Under the pieces are notes generated by a model. It was not told the DNA's origin. It made no database searches and was given only the letters and a program-made list of their open reading frames with translations. 64,000 nucleotides of DNA from Spirosoma fluviale. GTDB taxonomy: Bacteria > Bacteroidota > Bacteroidia > Cytophagales > Cyclobacteriaceae. The stretch is taken from the NCBI GenBank assembly GCA_945897085.1, contig CAMDEU010000002.1, positions 4-64,003 on the forward strand, given 5' to 3'. Made by a program: the position numbers and the translations under genes. This document shows, piece after piece, positions 45,669 through 56,105 of this stretch. The number at the start of each line of letters is the position of its first letter. Positions within the stretch are counted from its first letter, which is position 1.

Positions 45669-46691
45669 TCAATGCAATATTTTGTAAACCAGCTCTCGGA
45701 GTATTTCCCCTTCAGTCATACTTCCGGAATCTACTCCCTTAAAACGAAGATCTGCCTCTTTTAGGTATCCGAATACATCAATTACCTTGCCCAACTTGTA
45801 ATTTTTTGAAGCAATTACATATTCTTTTACGCCGTAGGGATTCACTCCGATGGCAGCCGCCAGCTGACTTTCAGCTAAGGGACCAGCGCGATGCAGGATA
45901 GCTATCCTAGAAAAATAAGAATACAGTAAAGAAAAAATCGGGATTACGGGATGGTTTTTAGGGTTTTGAATAAAGTAATGGATGATCAGATTGGCCTTAT
46001 TCACATCTCTATACCCAATCGCTTTGGTCAATTCAAAGTTGTTGTATTCTTTATGGATGCCGATATATTTGGAAATGTGATTTACAGTGAATCGGGTGGA
46101 CTCCGTAAAATTGATGAGCATTTTTCCCACCTCATTGGTCATTATTTCCAAGTTGTTGCCAATGGAGTCTGCAAGCAGCTGTCCTGCTTTCGTTTCGATT
46201 TGATGGCCTAAGTCCTTAAAATAGCCTTCAATCCATTCATTCAGTTTCCAATCCTTGATTTTTTCAGCTTCAAGAAAAACTGATTTTTTCTCAATCTCCT
46301 TTTTTAAAGTGCTCCTGCCATCCAGTTTTTTATACTTGTATGCAAAGACCAAAATGGTACTGGGCAAAGGATTATTTAAGTAGCCTATCAATAATTTCTG
46401 TGCATCTTCCTTTCCTAGATCAGGAATATTCTGAGCCTCTTTCACCAAAACCAGCTGTCGATCGGCCATCATCGGAAATTTGCGCGCATGCGAAAGTATA
46501 GTGCTTACTGAAGCTTCCTTTCCATATATCACGAGTTGATTAAACCCACGCTCAAATTCAGGAATGGCATTCTTTTCCAAGTAGTCACTGATCAAGTCAA
46601 TGAAATAGGGCTCATCGCCCTGCAAAAAATAGATTGGGGCTATTTTATTTGCTTTTAAATCTTTTAAAACTACTTCAGGAAGGAGGGCCAT
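45669..46691 (-). CDS. holA: DNA polymerase III subunit delta
   Basis: PIYFLQGDEPYFID, FPMMADRQLVLVKEAQ and ADLRFKG motifs; ATG 46691. Confidence 0.93.
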   Translation of the reverse strand: MALLPEVVLKDLKANKIAPIYFLQGDEPYFIDLISDYLEKNAIPEFERGFNQLVIYGKEASVSTILSHARKFPMMADRQLVLVKEAQNIPDLGKEDAQKLLIGYLNNPLPSTILVFAYKYKKLDGRSTLKKEIEKKSVFLEAEKIKDWKLNEWIEGYFKDLGHQIETKAGQLLADSIGNNLEIMTNEVGKMLINFTESTRFTVNHISKYIGIHKEYNNFELTKAIGYRDVNKANLIIHYFIQNPKNHPVIPIFSLLYSYFSRIAILHRAGPLAESQLAAAIGVNPYGVKEYVIASKNYKLGKVIDVFGYLKEADLRFKGVDSGSMTEGEILRELVYKILH

Positions 46692-46782
46692 ACGGGAAAT
46701 AACTCGTGCACCTAAAGATAATAGATGGCAGCAATCCATCGAGAATTTCTTAGCAAATAAACTTTAATCGATGATTCTAGGT

Positions 46783-46790
46783 TAATTTTG
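46783..46790 (+). promoter_or_regulatory. Bacteroidota -7 box
   Basis: TAATTTTG just upstream of ATG 46803/46809. Confidence 0.5.
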
Positions 46791-46802
46791 CAAGCCAATT
46801 GA

Positions 46803-47519
46803 ATGACGATGAATTTTGAAAAAGGAGTAGCTCTATACAAAGAAGGTGATTTTGAAACTGCATTAGCTGTTTTCCAAGAATTAAGTAGCGCAGAACAGGG
46901 TAATCCCCAGTTCCATGTTTTTAGAGGTCGAACCTTAACTCGCTTGGGAAAAGGGGCTGAGGCCTTGGTAGATTTTGATATTTTGATTGAATTGGAGCCT
47001 TACAATACAGATTTTTTAAGTGACCGCGGGGTGGTTTTGCATTTATTGGGGAGAAATGAGGAAGCGTTAACAGAACTTGATCGGGCTGCTAACCTGGATC
47101 CAAACAATCCATACCGCTACAGCAGCAGAGCCTACTTAAAGGATCGAATTGGAGACTTAACTGGAGCCATTCAGGACTATGAAAAAGCAATTGCACTGGA
47201 TCCTGAAGATGCGGTGTCCTACAACAATCTAGGATTGGTGGAAGAAAAAATGGGCCGTCAGGATAAAGCCAAACAGCACTTTACTAAGGCAGATGAGTTA
47301 TCCGGCTACCCTCCAAAAAAAGAGTCCGAAGACAGGCCAGAAACAGAAAAAAATCATTCCGGGAAATCAAAACCGGAAATGAATAGCTCTCCCTCACCGA
47401 GCACAAAATTAACTGCTGGCCATTTCCTAGGCATTCTCAATGGGATTTTTACAAAAGCTGACATCCGACAGGAATTTTCTTCCTTCATTCAGGGTTTATT
47501 TACCAAAAAAAGAGGCTAG
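46803..47519 (+). CDS. Cytoplasmic TPR protein
   Basis: About five TPRs (e.g. AIALDPEDAVSYNNLG) and no signal peptide. Confidence 0.85.
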   Translation: MTMNFEKGVALYKEGDFETALAVFQELSSAEQGNPQFHVFRGRTLTRLGKGAEALVDFDILIELEPYNTDFLSDRGVVLHLLGRNEEALTELDRAANLDPNNPYRYSSRAYLKDRIGDLTGAIQDYEKAIALDPEDAVSYNNLGLVEEKMGRQDKAKQHFTKADELSGYPPKKESEDRPETEKNHSGKSKPEMNSSPSPSTKLTAGHFLGILNGIFTKADIRQEFSSFIQGLFTKKRG

Positions 47520-48358
47520 TAACTTTTAATCACCCAAAGCGGCTTGGTGATGAAATAAGACATCTTTCGAGATAGATTTTTGGAAAATAGTTGATCGAAA
47601 AAATCCTTCTTTTTGCTTACTGTTACCAGTATATCACCCTTCGCTAGTTGCAGGTAATTTTCAAGTCCAAGTGCCAGATCATCACGGAAAGACTTCAATA
47701 CATAATTCACCAACTCATACGAAATAGCTGGTTTAATTTCCTCAACCATGGTTTTGTGCAGGGCTTTGTCGATCAATCGAGATCTTGAGGAAACATGAAC
47801 AATATCAATCTCTGAGTCGAAGAATGTCGCAAACTGAATCACTTTTTTAATTGCTCCCTTGTCTTCTTCTACATAATTTGATGCATAAACTAATTTTCTA
47901 GGGCGCTTGAAAAAAGCTTTTCTTGGCACCACTAAAATATCAAGATCCGATTGCATCACCATTTTGCTGGAACGACTTCCAACCACTTGTTTCTTAAAAT
48001 CATTCATTCCCTCTGTACCCACTACAATCAGGTTGGCATTGATTTTTTGAGAAAAATCTAGTGTAGCTTGAACAATTGCCCCCTCCAAAATAACCACTTC
48101 ACAGCTTTTGAGTCCCTTTGGAAGGCTTTCTTTTAGTACCGCCTCTTGCAAATTCCTTAATTTTTGCTCGAGAAATTCTTTTTGAACTATGCCGCTCAAA
48201 TCCAAAGGAGAGAGGTTTTGGAAGTCTTTCTTATTTAAAACATGTAAAATAATCAATTTAGCCTTGTACTTCTCTCCAACCTTAGCAGCATACTCTAGCG
48301 CATTCAAAGCACATTCTGAAAAATCAATCGGACAAAGTATAGTGAAGTTGGTTCCCAT
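47516..48358 (-). CDS. Universal stress protein (tandem Usp domains)
   Basis: ILCPIDFSECALNA, IVVGT.G and GS...KMV...ILVVP patterns. Confidence 0.9.
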   Translation of the reverse strand: MGTNFTILCPIDFSECALNALEYAAKVGEKYKAKLIILHVLNKKDFQNLSPLDLSGIVQKEFLEQKLRNLQEAVLKESLPKGLKSCEVVILEGAIVQATLDFSQKINANLIVVGTEGMNDFKKQVVGSRSSKMVMQSDLDILVVPRKAFFKRPRKLVYASNYVEEDKGAIKKVIQFATFFDSEIDIVHVSSRSRLIDKALHKTMVEEIKPAISYELVNYVLKSFRDDLALGLENYLQLAKGDILVTVSKKKDFFDQLFSKNLSRKMSYFITKPLWVIKSY

Positions 48359-48367
48359 AGTTGAAAA

Positions 48368-49288
48368 TTAATAACCTCTAGTTCGATTTACGAGATTTAG
48401 CAATGGAAGCCTAGCAATTAAGCGTTTATAATTTTCAATAATTTGCGGTGCTGCCGCCAATGGGTTTGTCACTGATGCAATATGTGGAGTAAGCTGAATC
48501 CTTTTTTCCTCCCAAAAAGGATGCACTTCCGGTAAAGGTTCGACTCGAAAAACATCTAAAAGCGCTCCAGAAAGAAATCCCTCTTCCAAAGCAACTAGCA
48601 AATCTTCTTCTATCAAATGCTTTCCTCTCGCTACATTGATCAAGAATGTGCCTTTCTTACATTTTTTAAATAGTGAAAGATTTAAAATTCCTTCCGTGTC
48701 TGGTGTAAGAGGAAGCAAGCATACCAGTACGTTCACCTGTGAAAGGAAATCCTCTAGTTGATCTTTTTGATAATAGGGGTAGCGGAACTCTTTTTTCTCT
48801 GAAAATCCAAATCCAACTACCTCAAATCCCAAACCATTCAACTTATCAAGTACATCCCCTCCTAAGGCCCCTACACCCATTACCCCTATCCGTGTAGGAA
48901 TTTCTGGGTTGGACATATCCCAAACTTTTTTTTTCTGGTCTTCTTGGTAACGAATAAGCTGTCTATGAAAGTTTAAAACTCCCATAACAACATAATTGGT
49001 CATGGACCAAGTCAATTTTTCATCGACAATACGAACAATTGGAAGTTCATCCCCAACAGCAGGATCCGATAAAATATGGTCTACGCCTGCACCCAGCGAA
49101 CTGATCAACTTTAATTTGGGAAAATTTTTCAGATAACCATCAGGATGCTGCCAAAGCAAAGCCATTTCCACATCCTCTGGCCGATCAATGTGTGGATAGA
49201 CTTGTAAATCTAAGGTTGGATGATGGTGCAGAAGCGCCGCTATCCATGCCTTCGGATCTCTACCAGGACTAACGATGGCTATACTCAT
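48368..49288 (-). CDS. ghrA: Glyoxylate/hydroxypyruvate reductase A-like D-2-hydroxyacid dehydrogenase
   Basis: GAGVDH, GVGALG, LPLTPDT, INVARG, LDVF.VEPLP and TPHIAS motifs. Confidence 0.85.
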   Translation of the reverse strand: MSIAIVSPGRDPKAWIAALLHHHPTLDLQVYPHIDRPEDVEMALLWQHPDGYLKNFPKLKLISSLGAGVDHILSDPAVGDELPIVRIVDEKLTWSMTNYVVMGVLNFHRQLIRYQEDQKKKVWDMSNPEIPTRIGVMGVGALGGDVLDKLNGLGFEVVGFGFSEKKEFRYPYYQKDQLEDFLSQVNVLVCLLPLTPDTEGILNLSLFKKCKKGTFLINVARGKHLIEEDLLVALEEGFLSGALLDVFRVEPLPEVHPFWEEKRIQLTPHIASVTNPLAAAPQIIENYKRLIARLPLLNLVNRTRGY

Positions 49289-49472
49289 AATCTTGAAGCT
49301 AAGAAGCGCCTAAAGTAGGTCATTCCAGCAGTGCAAAAAATTCATTTATCAAATTCCTGAAGCATTTTCAAAAAAAAAGAGAATAAACTATCAACTTGCA
49401 GCTTCAAGCCTTAAGAACAAAACAAAAAAAGAATCTAAGCTTCTCCGATTTTACTCCTAATTTAAAAATTGT

Positions 49473-50321
49473 ATGAAAACAAAAATCAATTTCCTTATCC
49501 TAGCCTTGCTTTTTGTAACCACAATTGGTACGGCTCAACAAATCCAAATGCCTCAGGCAAGCCCTAGCTCAAAAATCATTCAAAAAGTGGGACTTACGGA
49601 TGTTACTGTTGACTTTAGTAGACCCAGCACAAAGGGTAGAAAAATATTCGGTGAACTGGTGCCCTACGGACAGGTTTGGAGAACTGGTGCCAATGGAGCG
49701 ACCATCCTTACCTTCTCCACTGAAGTAATCATCGGTGGAACAAAAGTTCCAGCTGGTGCCTATGCCCTCTACTCCATTCCAGGAAAATCAGCTTGGACCA
49801 TTATCCTAAGCAAAAACACCAAACTTTGGGGAGCAATCGGATACGATACCAAAGATGACCTCCTTCGTTTTTCAGCAACACCTGCAAAAACAAGCCGATT
49901 GTATGACTCCTTTGAAATTAGCTTCAATAAATTGACAGATGCCAGCGCGGATCTTTCCATCAAATGGGAAGAAACCAGGGTAGAATTTACGATTCAAACA
50001 GAGGTAGATCCCATTGTCATGGCAGACATTAAAAAACAAGTGATTGATGCCCAAAGTACAAATCCTGCGTTGCTCTATCAGGCTGCCAATTACTATTTCA
50101 CAAGTACTAAGGATCTGAATCAAGCCTACACTTGGATCAAACAATCCACTACAAGTGATCCGAAGTATTGGACCTTACACCTTCAAGCTAAAATCGAAAT
50201 GAGCCTTGGCAAAAAGACAGAAGCCTTAGAGTCCGCAACTAAATCTAAGAAGCTAGCAGAAGAGGGCAAAAATCTGGATTATGTGGGATTGAATGACCGC
50301 TTGATTAAGTCAATCAAATAA
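49473..50321 (+). CDS. DUF2911 domain exported protein
   Basis: Signal peptide, SRP..KGRKIFG.LVPYGQVWRTGAN and C-terminal TPR-like helices. Confidence 0.88.
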   Translation: MKTKINFLILALLFVTTIGTAQQIQMPQASPSSKIIQKVGLTDVTVDFSRPSTKGRKIFGELVPYGQVWRTGANGATILTFSTEVIIGGTKVPAGAYALYSIPGKSAWTIILSKNTKLWGAIGYDTKDDLLRFSATPAKTSRLYDSFEISFNKLTDASADLSIKWEETRVEFTIQTEVDPIVMADIKKQVIDAQSTNPALLYQAANYYFTSTKDLNQAYTWIKQSTTSDPKYWTLHLQAKIEMSLGKKTEALESATKSKKLAEEGKNLDYVGLNDRLIKSIK

Positions 50322-50386
50322 ATTAGGATTATCAGCAAATCGAATACTTTATCAAAACATAATTTTGCGTCTTGTACTACTACAGC

Positions 50387-50420
50387 AAAAAGAAGCCTTC
50401 GAAAATTCGAAGGCTTCTTT
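50387..50420. terminator. Bidirectional intrinsic terminator
   Basis: AAAGAAGCCTTCGAA / TTCGAAGGCTTCTTT long inverted repeat between convergent genes. Confidence 0.85.
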
Positions 50421-50451
50421 AGTTTAATAAAATCAAGTTTTTACTCCGTCT

Positions 50452-52167
50452 CTATTTTTTAATGATTTCACTTCCCACAAAGAGCTGAAGAATCAAGCCA
50501 AACAAAACCACAGCAAGGCAACCGATGGCATTGTACCAAAGGAATCCTATGTTCCACTCCAATCCAAACAGTCCCTTTCCATTGAAAAAATGCACTACCA
50601 ATATCAGCGCTTCTGAAAGGATTGCGGCTAGAAATACTGCTCGCCCTTTGATCCATTTTACAAAGAAGCCCACAATAAAAATTCCTAAGATGGTTCCATA
50701 AAATAAAGAACCCAAGAGGTTCACTGCCTGAATGAGATTTTCAAACAAGGAGGCATAGGTAGCAAAAAGGATAGCTCCAAATCCCCAAAATGCGGTGAAA
50801 AGTTTGGAGGAACGCACATAATGCGCGTCACTTGCTTCTTTCCGAATGGATCGCTTATACAAGTCCACTGTGGTGGTGGTACCCAAGGCATTCAATTCAG
50901 AAGAGGAAGAAGACATCGCTGCTGCAAAAATGGCAGCAAACAACAAGCCCACCACCCCCGTAGGAAGGTAATCCATCACAAAGCGCATAAATACATAATC
51001 CGTGTCCCGAGTTTCTGCTCCCGGATCATGCGCAAGTACTAAAGACTTCACCTCTGTGCGAATCTCCTGTTGTCCAGCCTTCAACGTTTTTAAGGTACCC
51101 GTTAGCCCCATAACAGCTGTATCTTCGCCCTGATCCATAGCAGTTAGCAAATCCGAATACACCAGCTTGGAGGAGTCAAAATTGGCTTGAAAAGCTTGTT
51201 CCAAACGCTCCAATTCGGGAGCATAAGTACTTTGTCGAAGCCCCTCAGTTTGTACCTGGTTGAAATGAATTGGTGGAGTAATGAATTGATAAAAAACAAA
51301 AACCATCACCCCAATAAATAGAATAAGAAACTGCATGGGAATCTTCAAAAATCCATTCATCATCAAGCCCATTCGGCTTTGGGTTAGGGTTTGCCCAGAA
51401 AGATAGCGTTGCACTTGACTTTGGTCGGTACCGAAGTAGCTTAAAAATAAAAAAACAGCAGCGCTCATACCAGACCAGAACGAATAACGATCAGCCCAGT
51501 CAAATTCAAAGTTGACTACATTAAGTTTGTCCATCTTTCCTGCTACGCGAAGCGCCTCGGGCATAGAAATAGGCAATAGTTGAATGACCATGAACCCAGC
51601 CAAAACCATCCCTCCCATCATGACTGCCATTTGTTGTTTTTGAGTGATAGAAACTGCCTCAGTACCTCCAGAGACGGTATACAAAATCACGAGAACCCCA
51701 ATAAATATATTGGTCAAAGTCAAGTTCCAGCCCAACAGGGTAGATAGGATAATTGCTGGAGCATAAATAGTTATCCCTGCTGCTAGCCCCCTCTGCACGA
51801 TAAAAAGTAGGGCTGTAAGGGTCCTTGTTTTTAAATCAAATCTGTTTTCAAGGTATTCGTATGCAGTATATACCTTCAGTTTGTAAAAGATGGGCACAAA
51901 GACGACCGAAATGATAATCATGGCCAAAGGCAAGCCAAAATAAAACTGGATAAATCGCATGCCATCTTCGTATGCTTGCCCTGGGGTACTTAAAAAAGTG
52001 ATAGCAGAAGCTTGTGTAGCCATGATGGAAAGTCCTATCGTCCACCAGTTATCCTTATTGCCTTTGAGGTAGGTTTCTAAACTTTGCTTGCCGCGAGTTT
52101 TGTACACCCCGTAAACGGCAATTGAAACCAGTGTTAAAAATAGAACTGCCCAATCTAAAGTACTCAT
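50452..52167 (-). CDS. Sodium:solute symporter (SSS)
   Basis: SIMATQASAITF, TAYEYLENRF, GTDQSQVQRYL and AAAMSS motifs; ATG 52167. Confidence 0.93.
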   Translation of the reverse strand: MSTLDWAVLFLTLVSIAVYGVYKTRGKQSLETYLKGNKDNWWTIGLSIMATQASAITFLSTPGQAYEDGMRFIQFYFGLPLAMIIISVVFVPIFYKLKVYTAYEYLENRFDLKTRTLTALLFIVQRGLAAGITIYAPAIILSTLLGWNLTLTNIFIGVLVILYTVSGGTEAVSITQKQQMAVMMGGMVLAGFMVIQLLPISMPEALRVAGKMDKLNVVNFEFDWADRYSFWSGMSAAVFLFLSYFGTDQSQVQRYLSGQTLTQSRMGLMMNGFLKIPMQFLILFIGVMVFVFYQFITPPIHFNQVQTEGLRQSTYAPELERLEQAFQANFDSSKLVYSDLLTAMDQGEDTAVMGLTGTLKTLKAGQQEIRTEVKSLVLAHDPGAETRDTDYVFMRFVMDYLPTGVVGLLFAAIFAAAMSSSSSELNALGTTTTVDLYKRSIRKEASDAHYVRSSKLFTAFWGFGAILFATYASLFENLIQAVNLLGSLFYGTILGIFIVGFFVKWIKGRAVFLAAILSEALILVVHFFNGKGLFGLEWNIGFLWYNAIGCLAVVLFGLILQLFVGSEIIKK

Positions 52168-52268
52168 GAATACGCAACCGTTAAACCATACATTAACCCA
52201 ATCATTAGGGCCAAACTTAGCATCAAAATAAGGTACAGTTTGGACCAAGAAATATTTTTCTCTTCCAT
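52164..52268 (-). CDS. 34-aa single-pass membrane protein
   Basis: Manual translation: MEEKNISWSKLYLILMLSLALMIGLMYGLTVAYS*. It starts 1 nt after the PIG-L stop and its TGA overlaps the SSS ATG (ATGA). Confidence 0.75.
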   Translation of the reverse strand: MEEKNISWSKLYLILMLSLALMIGLMYGLTVAYS

Positions 52269-52269
52269 C

Positions 52270-54723
52270 TTATTGTTCAATCAAGTTGATAACTAATTTG
52301 ATAGCTCCTGGAACGCCAGCAGGTAATTGCCTGAAAAAGGAAAGACCGGTATACGCGTAAGTTCCGGCTCCTACTTTAGCAGTGATCAAGGCTCCCTTAG
52401 TTGGAGTTTCTCCCGGATCCTGTAGCGTCAATGGACTCTGGTAGCGTTCATCAACTTTGGAGGCAAAATAAAGCCCACGTTCCTGCACCCAGCCCTCAAA
52501 ATCCTTTTGTTGTATCTTATTTGGACTACTGAGCAGGCTACTCTCCCAATCCCCATCCACAGGCGAACCTTCTACTGCAACACGGTCACGACCAATCTCA
52601 AAAGGATAAGGGCCCAGCTGGGAAGTCACTAATGGGCTGCTCGTGTTGTACTGAAGGATCAAATTTCCACCCAAATTCATGTATTCCAGTAGCACCTGCT
52701 GCTTAGTCACCAAGGCTTCTTGGATGTTGTAAGCACGTATCCCCACTACTATGGCTTGATACTTCTTCAGCTCATCCAATTCCAAGTTATCTTCTTCGAG
52801 GAAACTGACTTGGTATCCCAAAGCGGACAATACTTCTGGAACCTCATCCCCTGCACCTGCGATGTAACCTACTTTTCCTCCCGAAACATTCCAATCTTCT
52901 TGAATCAGTTGAACTTCTGCTGGGCTGAAATAAGTCAAATTGGGAATATGTTTATAAGAAATTCGCTGCGTCACTTGATCAAAAATCTTCCCATCAGAAG
53001 TTGTAAATCGTGCAGTAATCACCTGTTTTCCATTTCTAAGAGGTAAAAAAGTAACGGTATACTTCCGTTGCTTTTGAGCAGGAAAATCTTCCACGCCAAC
53101 AAGCTTAAACTGATTTGAACTTAGCCCCTCAAAGTCCAATTTACCATCCAATAACTGATTCTGAAAATTTACAAGTACCTCAATCGTAGGGTCTGCCCCA
53201 TCCACCAGAAATACCAATTCTTTGGAAGGCAAAAGTGTTACTTCAGGAACAAAAGTAAAAGGTTGTTTTACCTCTCCATCAATCGGATCGTTATATTTAA
53301 AGACTAAAGGAACGGTTACTTGAAATTTTTGGCCTCCCAAGGAAAAGGATAAGTTACCGGCAAACTTTAGTTCAAAGGGAAGGCCAATCTGCTGCTGATT
53401 GGGTATGGAAAATAAGGCACCATCGAGGGGCTCTTGAAGCCAATAAGGCTGTGAATAGCTTTCTTGGGGGTCAATTTCTAAAGCAATAGGAAGTCGGGTG
53501 CCTTCATTTCCTTTTGCATCCTTTCCACCATAATTGGTATCGTAAATTTGAAAAGACACTTCTGAAATTGATTCCTGGGAAGGATTGACAAGAAGTAGTT
53601 CGGTCTGTATTTTTTCACTGGGATACCCAAATTCTTTGTTTGCTACATACTCTATTTTTAAGCCTAGGGATTGAAAAATAAGGTTTTCTACCTTCTTTAA
53701 TTTTTCCTTTTCCCAAGGAGTTCCTGAATCTAAGCGAAACATGGCTGCACGGATCTCCAATAGACTGGGCAGGTTTTTCTCCGTTTCTCTCAAGTTGAAT
53801 GTTTCAAGCAATTGGTCGATTTTGGCTTTCACTTCAAGTCCGCCGGAAAGAGCATCCCAACGGCTATTGATCCCATCAAAAGGCGAATTAACATAAGAAT
53901 CCCCTCCTACTTGCTCTAGAAAATCTTTGGCACTGCCTGCACCTGCAGTGGAGCCAAATCCCTGGGACTTGTGCATGGTCCGGCTATCTGCTGCAAGTTG
54001 GTGGTAGGTTTTACCCAATAAGGGATCGTAGCCCCCTACTTCCATGGCGTAGTAGCGCTTTCCTGGTTCAGGTTCAAACTCCCCTCTGAAATTGTAAGCA
54101 TTGAAAAAGATCCGTTTGGCTTGCCAAGGCTTCACATAGGTCAACTGCTCTGGAAAGGCTTTGGAATCTCCCGAAAGCCCAAATGCTTCATTGGCAAGGA
54201 TAGCTGAAGTAGTATGGTGGCCATGCGTAATCCCAGGAATGGTATTGAATCGGGTAATGATGATATCGGGTTGGAAGCTACGAATCGCCCAGACCACATC
54301 GGCCAACACCTTTTCTTTATCCCAATTTTGAAGGGTTTCGGTTGGGTCCTTGCTGTATCCAAAATCCAGTGCGCGCGTAAAAAACTGTTGTCCGCCATCA
54401 ACGGATCTTGCCTTAATCAATTCTTGTGTGCGGATTTGACCCAGTTCAATTCCCAATTCCTTCCCAATTAGATTTTGACCTCCATCTCCACGGGTCAAAC
54501 TCAAATACCCCACTTCTGCATGCTCCCCGTTGGCGAGATGAGCAATCATGCGGGTATTTTCATCGTCAGGATGAGCAGCTACATAAAGTACGCGCTTAGT
54601 CTCCCGCAGCTGCAGCAGTTGATGGTACTGCTGGGATGAGGAAAGGGATTGGCTAAAGCCTATTTGGGTAGCAAATACAAATCCAAGAACGGGTACTAAA
54701 AAGAAAATTAACTTAGGCAACAT
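52270..54723 (-). CDS. Exported PIG-L/LmbE family deacetylase with C-terminal accessory domains
   Basis: Signal peptide, AHPDDE, LTRGDGGQN, DFGYSK, HGHH and a C-terminal GATase-like segment; ATG 54723. Confidence 0.88.
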   Translation of the reverse strand: MLPKLIFFLVPVLGFVFATQIGFSQSLSSSQQYHQLLQLRETKRVLYVAAHPDDENTRMIAHLANGEHAEVGYLSLTRGDGGQNLIGKELGIELGQIRTQELIKARSVDGGQQFFTRALDFGYSKDPTETLQNWDKEKVLADVVWAIRSFQPDIIITRFNTIPGITHGHHTTSAILANEAFGLSGDSKAFPEQLTYVKPWQAKRIFFNAYNFRGEFEPEPGKRYYAMEVGGYDPLLGKTYHQLAADSRTMHKSQGFGSTAGAGSAKDFLEQVGGDSYVNSPFDGINSRWDALSGGLEVKAKIDQLLETFNLRETEKNLPSLLEIRAAMFRLDSGTPWEKEKLKKVENLIFQSLGLKIEYVANKEFGYPSEKIQTELLLVNPSQESISEVSFQIYDTNYGGKDAKGNEGTRLPIALEIDPQESYSQPYWLQEPLDGALFSIPNQQQIGLPFELKFAGNLSFSLGGQKFQVTVPLVFKYNDPIDGEVKQPFTFVPEVTLLPSKELVFLVDGADPTIEVLVNFQNQLLDGKLDFEGLSSNQFKLVGVEDFPAQKQRKYTVTFLPLRNGKQVITARFTTSDGKIFDQVTQRISYKHIPNLTYFSPAEVQLIQEDWNVSGGKVGYIAGAGDEVPEVLSALGYQVSFLEEDNLELDELKKYQAIVVGIRAYNIQEALVTKQQVLLEYMNLGGNLILQYNTSSPLVTSQLGPYPFEIGRDRVAVEGSPVDGDWESSLLSSPNKIQQKDFEGWVQERGLYFASKVDERYQSPLTLQDPGETPTKGALITAKVGAGTYAYTGLSFFRQLPAGVPGAIKLVINLIEQ

Positions 54724-54813
54724 AATTCTACGAATGAACACGCAAGCTATTTCAAATCAAAACCAAATAAAATTGATTTTTGATGAATAGAAATAAAATT
54801 TGAACTGAAGGCC

Positions 54814-54844
54814 AAAAAAAAAGGCCGGAAAAAAATCCGGCCTT
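54814..54844 (-). terminator. Intrinsic terminator
   Basis: AAGGCCGGA...TCCGGCCTT stem; the A-run gives a U-tract on the minus strand. Confidence 0.8.
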
Positions 54845-54861
54845 ATTTAGATTGTTCAAAA

Positions 54862-56070
54862 TTAATTTTCTTGCCAGTTAGCTCCAAGGATAGCTGAAAT
54901 TTTTGCATTCATTGCATTCGCTTCAGCAGTATTCTTCAAGCGAGTATGTACTTGGAACAAGATGATCATGATATCGTTGTTGTCAGGCTTAATTTCCAAA
55001 GCCTTGGTAAAGAAAGGAACAGATTGTCTGTATAATTCATCTGCTTGCGTACCCATCTCTTTAGATCTTTTCTCCCACTCTGCATCTGACAAAGAGTTAA
55101 GCTCTGCAAGGATGCCTCTGGACTTCTCCAGCATAAGTGCCCCTGTGTAGTAATTTCCTTCAAAGAAGTTTGGATCAACTTCAACAGACTTCTTGTAATC
55201 CACTAATGCAGCTTCTAAGTCTCCACCTTGCTCTTTCAAATATCCGGATCTCAATAATAAACCTGGATTGTTTGGATCTTTGGCAAGCGCATCATTGATT
55301 TGAGCCATCGCCTCATCCATTTTGTTCAGCTGAAGAAGCAATTGGATTTCATATTCAGCCAAAACCTTATCGTTTGGATACTCTGCTCTTGCCTTGGTAA
55401 CCAATGCAAAAGCAGCCTCAGGGTTTTTCTCCTCTGTACTTAGGATTTGCACCATGAAATAGTAGGCATTTATTTTGTTGTAAGTAGGCAATTCAAACAA
55501 GTATCCAAAATGTCTTTTAGCATCTTCGAAACGACCCAAATCGTTGGCTAGGAAACCAGCGTTGTAGTGAATAGTGGAGTCAGATTTGTCAATTTCTCCA
55601 GCAAGGTTGAAAAACTCATAAGACATTTCCATGTCATCCTCGTTGTAACGCTCCAAGGCCTTATCAAAAGCGATATTTTTGAGGGTTATTAAGGAATAAG
55701 GTCTCAAGTTATCTGGAATACCAGGCAATTCATCTGCATAAACTTCTTTTCCAGTGGTGGAGGTTTTGTTACTACCACCCATTTCATAAGTTGTGCCAAA
55801 TGTTGATAAGGCCTGATTTCCAACCTCAAGTGTCTCCATGGTGTTGGAAGAGTCTCTTGAGAAAATTTTAGTCTGAATTTGTGCTTTCAAAAGGAAAGTA
55901 GCGGGATCACCACTAGTTTCAGGATTAGTAGTAGCTGCATCAATAGAAGCTAGCGCAGTTTGTAAACTACCAGATTTGAATCCTTTCTCTGCCTCTTTTA
56001 CTACTTTTTTTTGTCCAAAAGCAAAGGTGACGGTCGCAACCAGTGCCAGTGATAAGATGAGCTTTTTCAT
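54862..56070 (-). CDS. Exported TPR protein
   Basis: Signal peptide MKKLILSLALVATVTFAFG and TPR repeats; lies downstream of gyrA. Confidence 0.85.
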   Translation of the reverse strand: MKKLILSLALVATVTFAFGQKKVVKEAEKGFKSGSLQTALASIDAATTNPETSGDPATFLLKAQIQTKIFSRDSSNTMETLEVGNQALSTFGTTYEMGGSNKTSTTGKEVYADELPGIPDNLRPYSLITLKNIAFDKALERYNEDDMEMSYEFFNLAGEIDKSDSTIHYNAGFLANDLGRFEDAKRHFGYLFELPTYNKINAYYFMVQILSTEEKNPEAAFALVTKARAEYPNDKVLAEYEIQLLLQLNKMDEAMAQINDALAKDPNNPGLLLRSGYLKEQGGDLEAALVDYKKSVEVDPNFFEGNYYTGALMLEKSRGILAELNSLSDAEWEKRSKEMGTQADELYRQSVPFFTKALEIKPDNNDIMIILFQVHTRLKNTAEANAMNAKISAILGANWQEN

Positions 56071-56105
56071 TCGTGTTTTTTGTTGTGGATGTTTTATTCA
56101 GTTAA

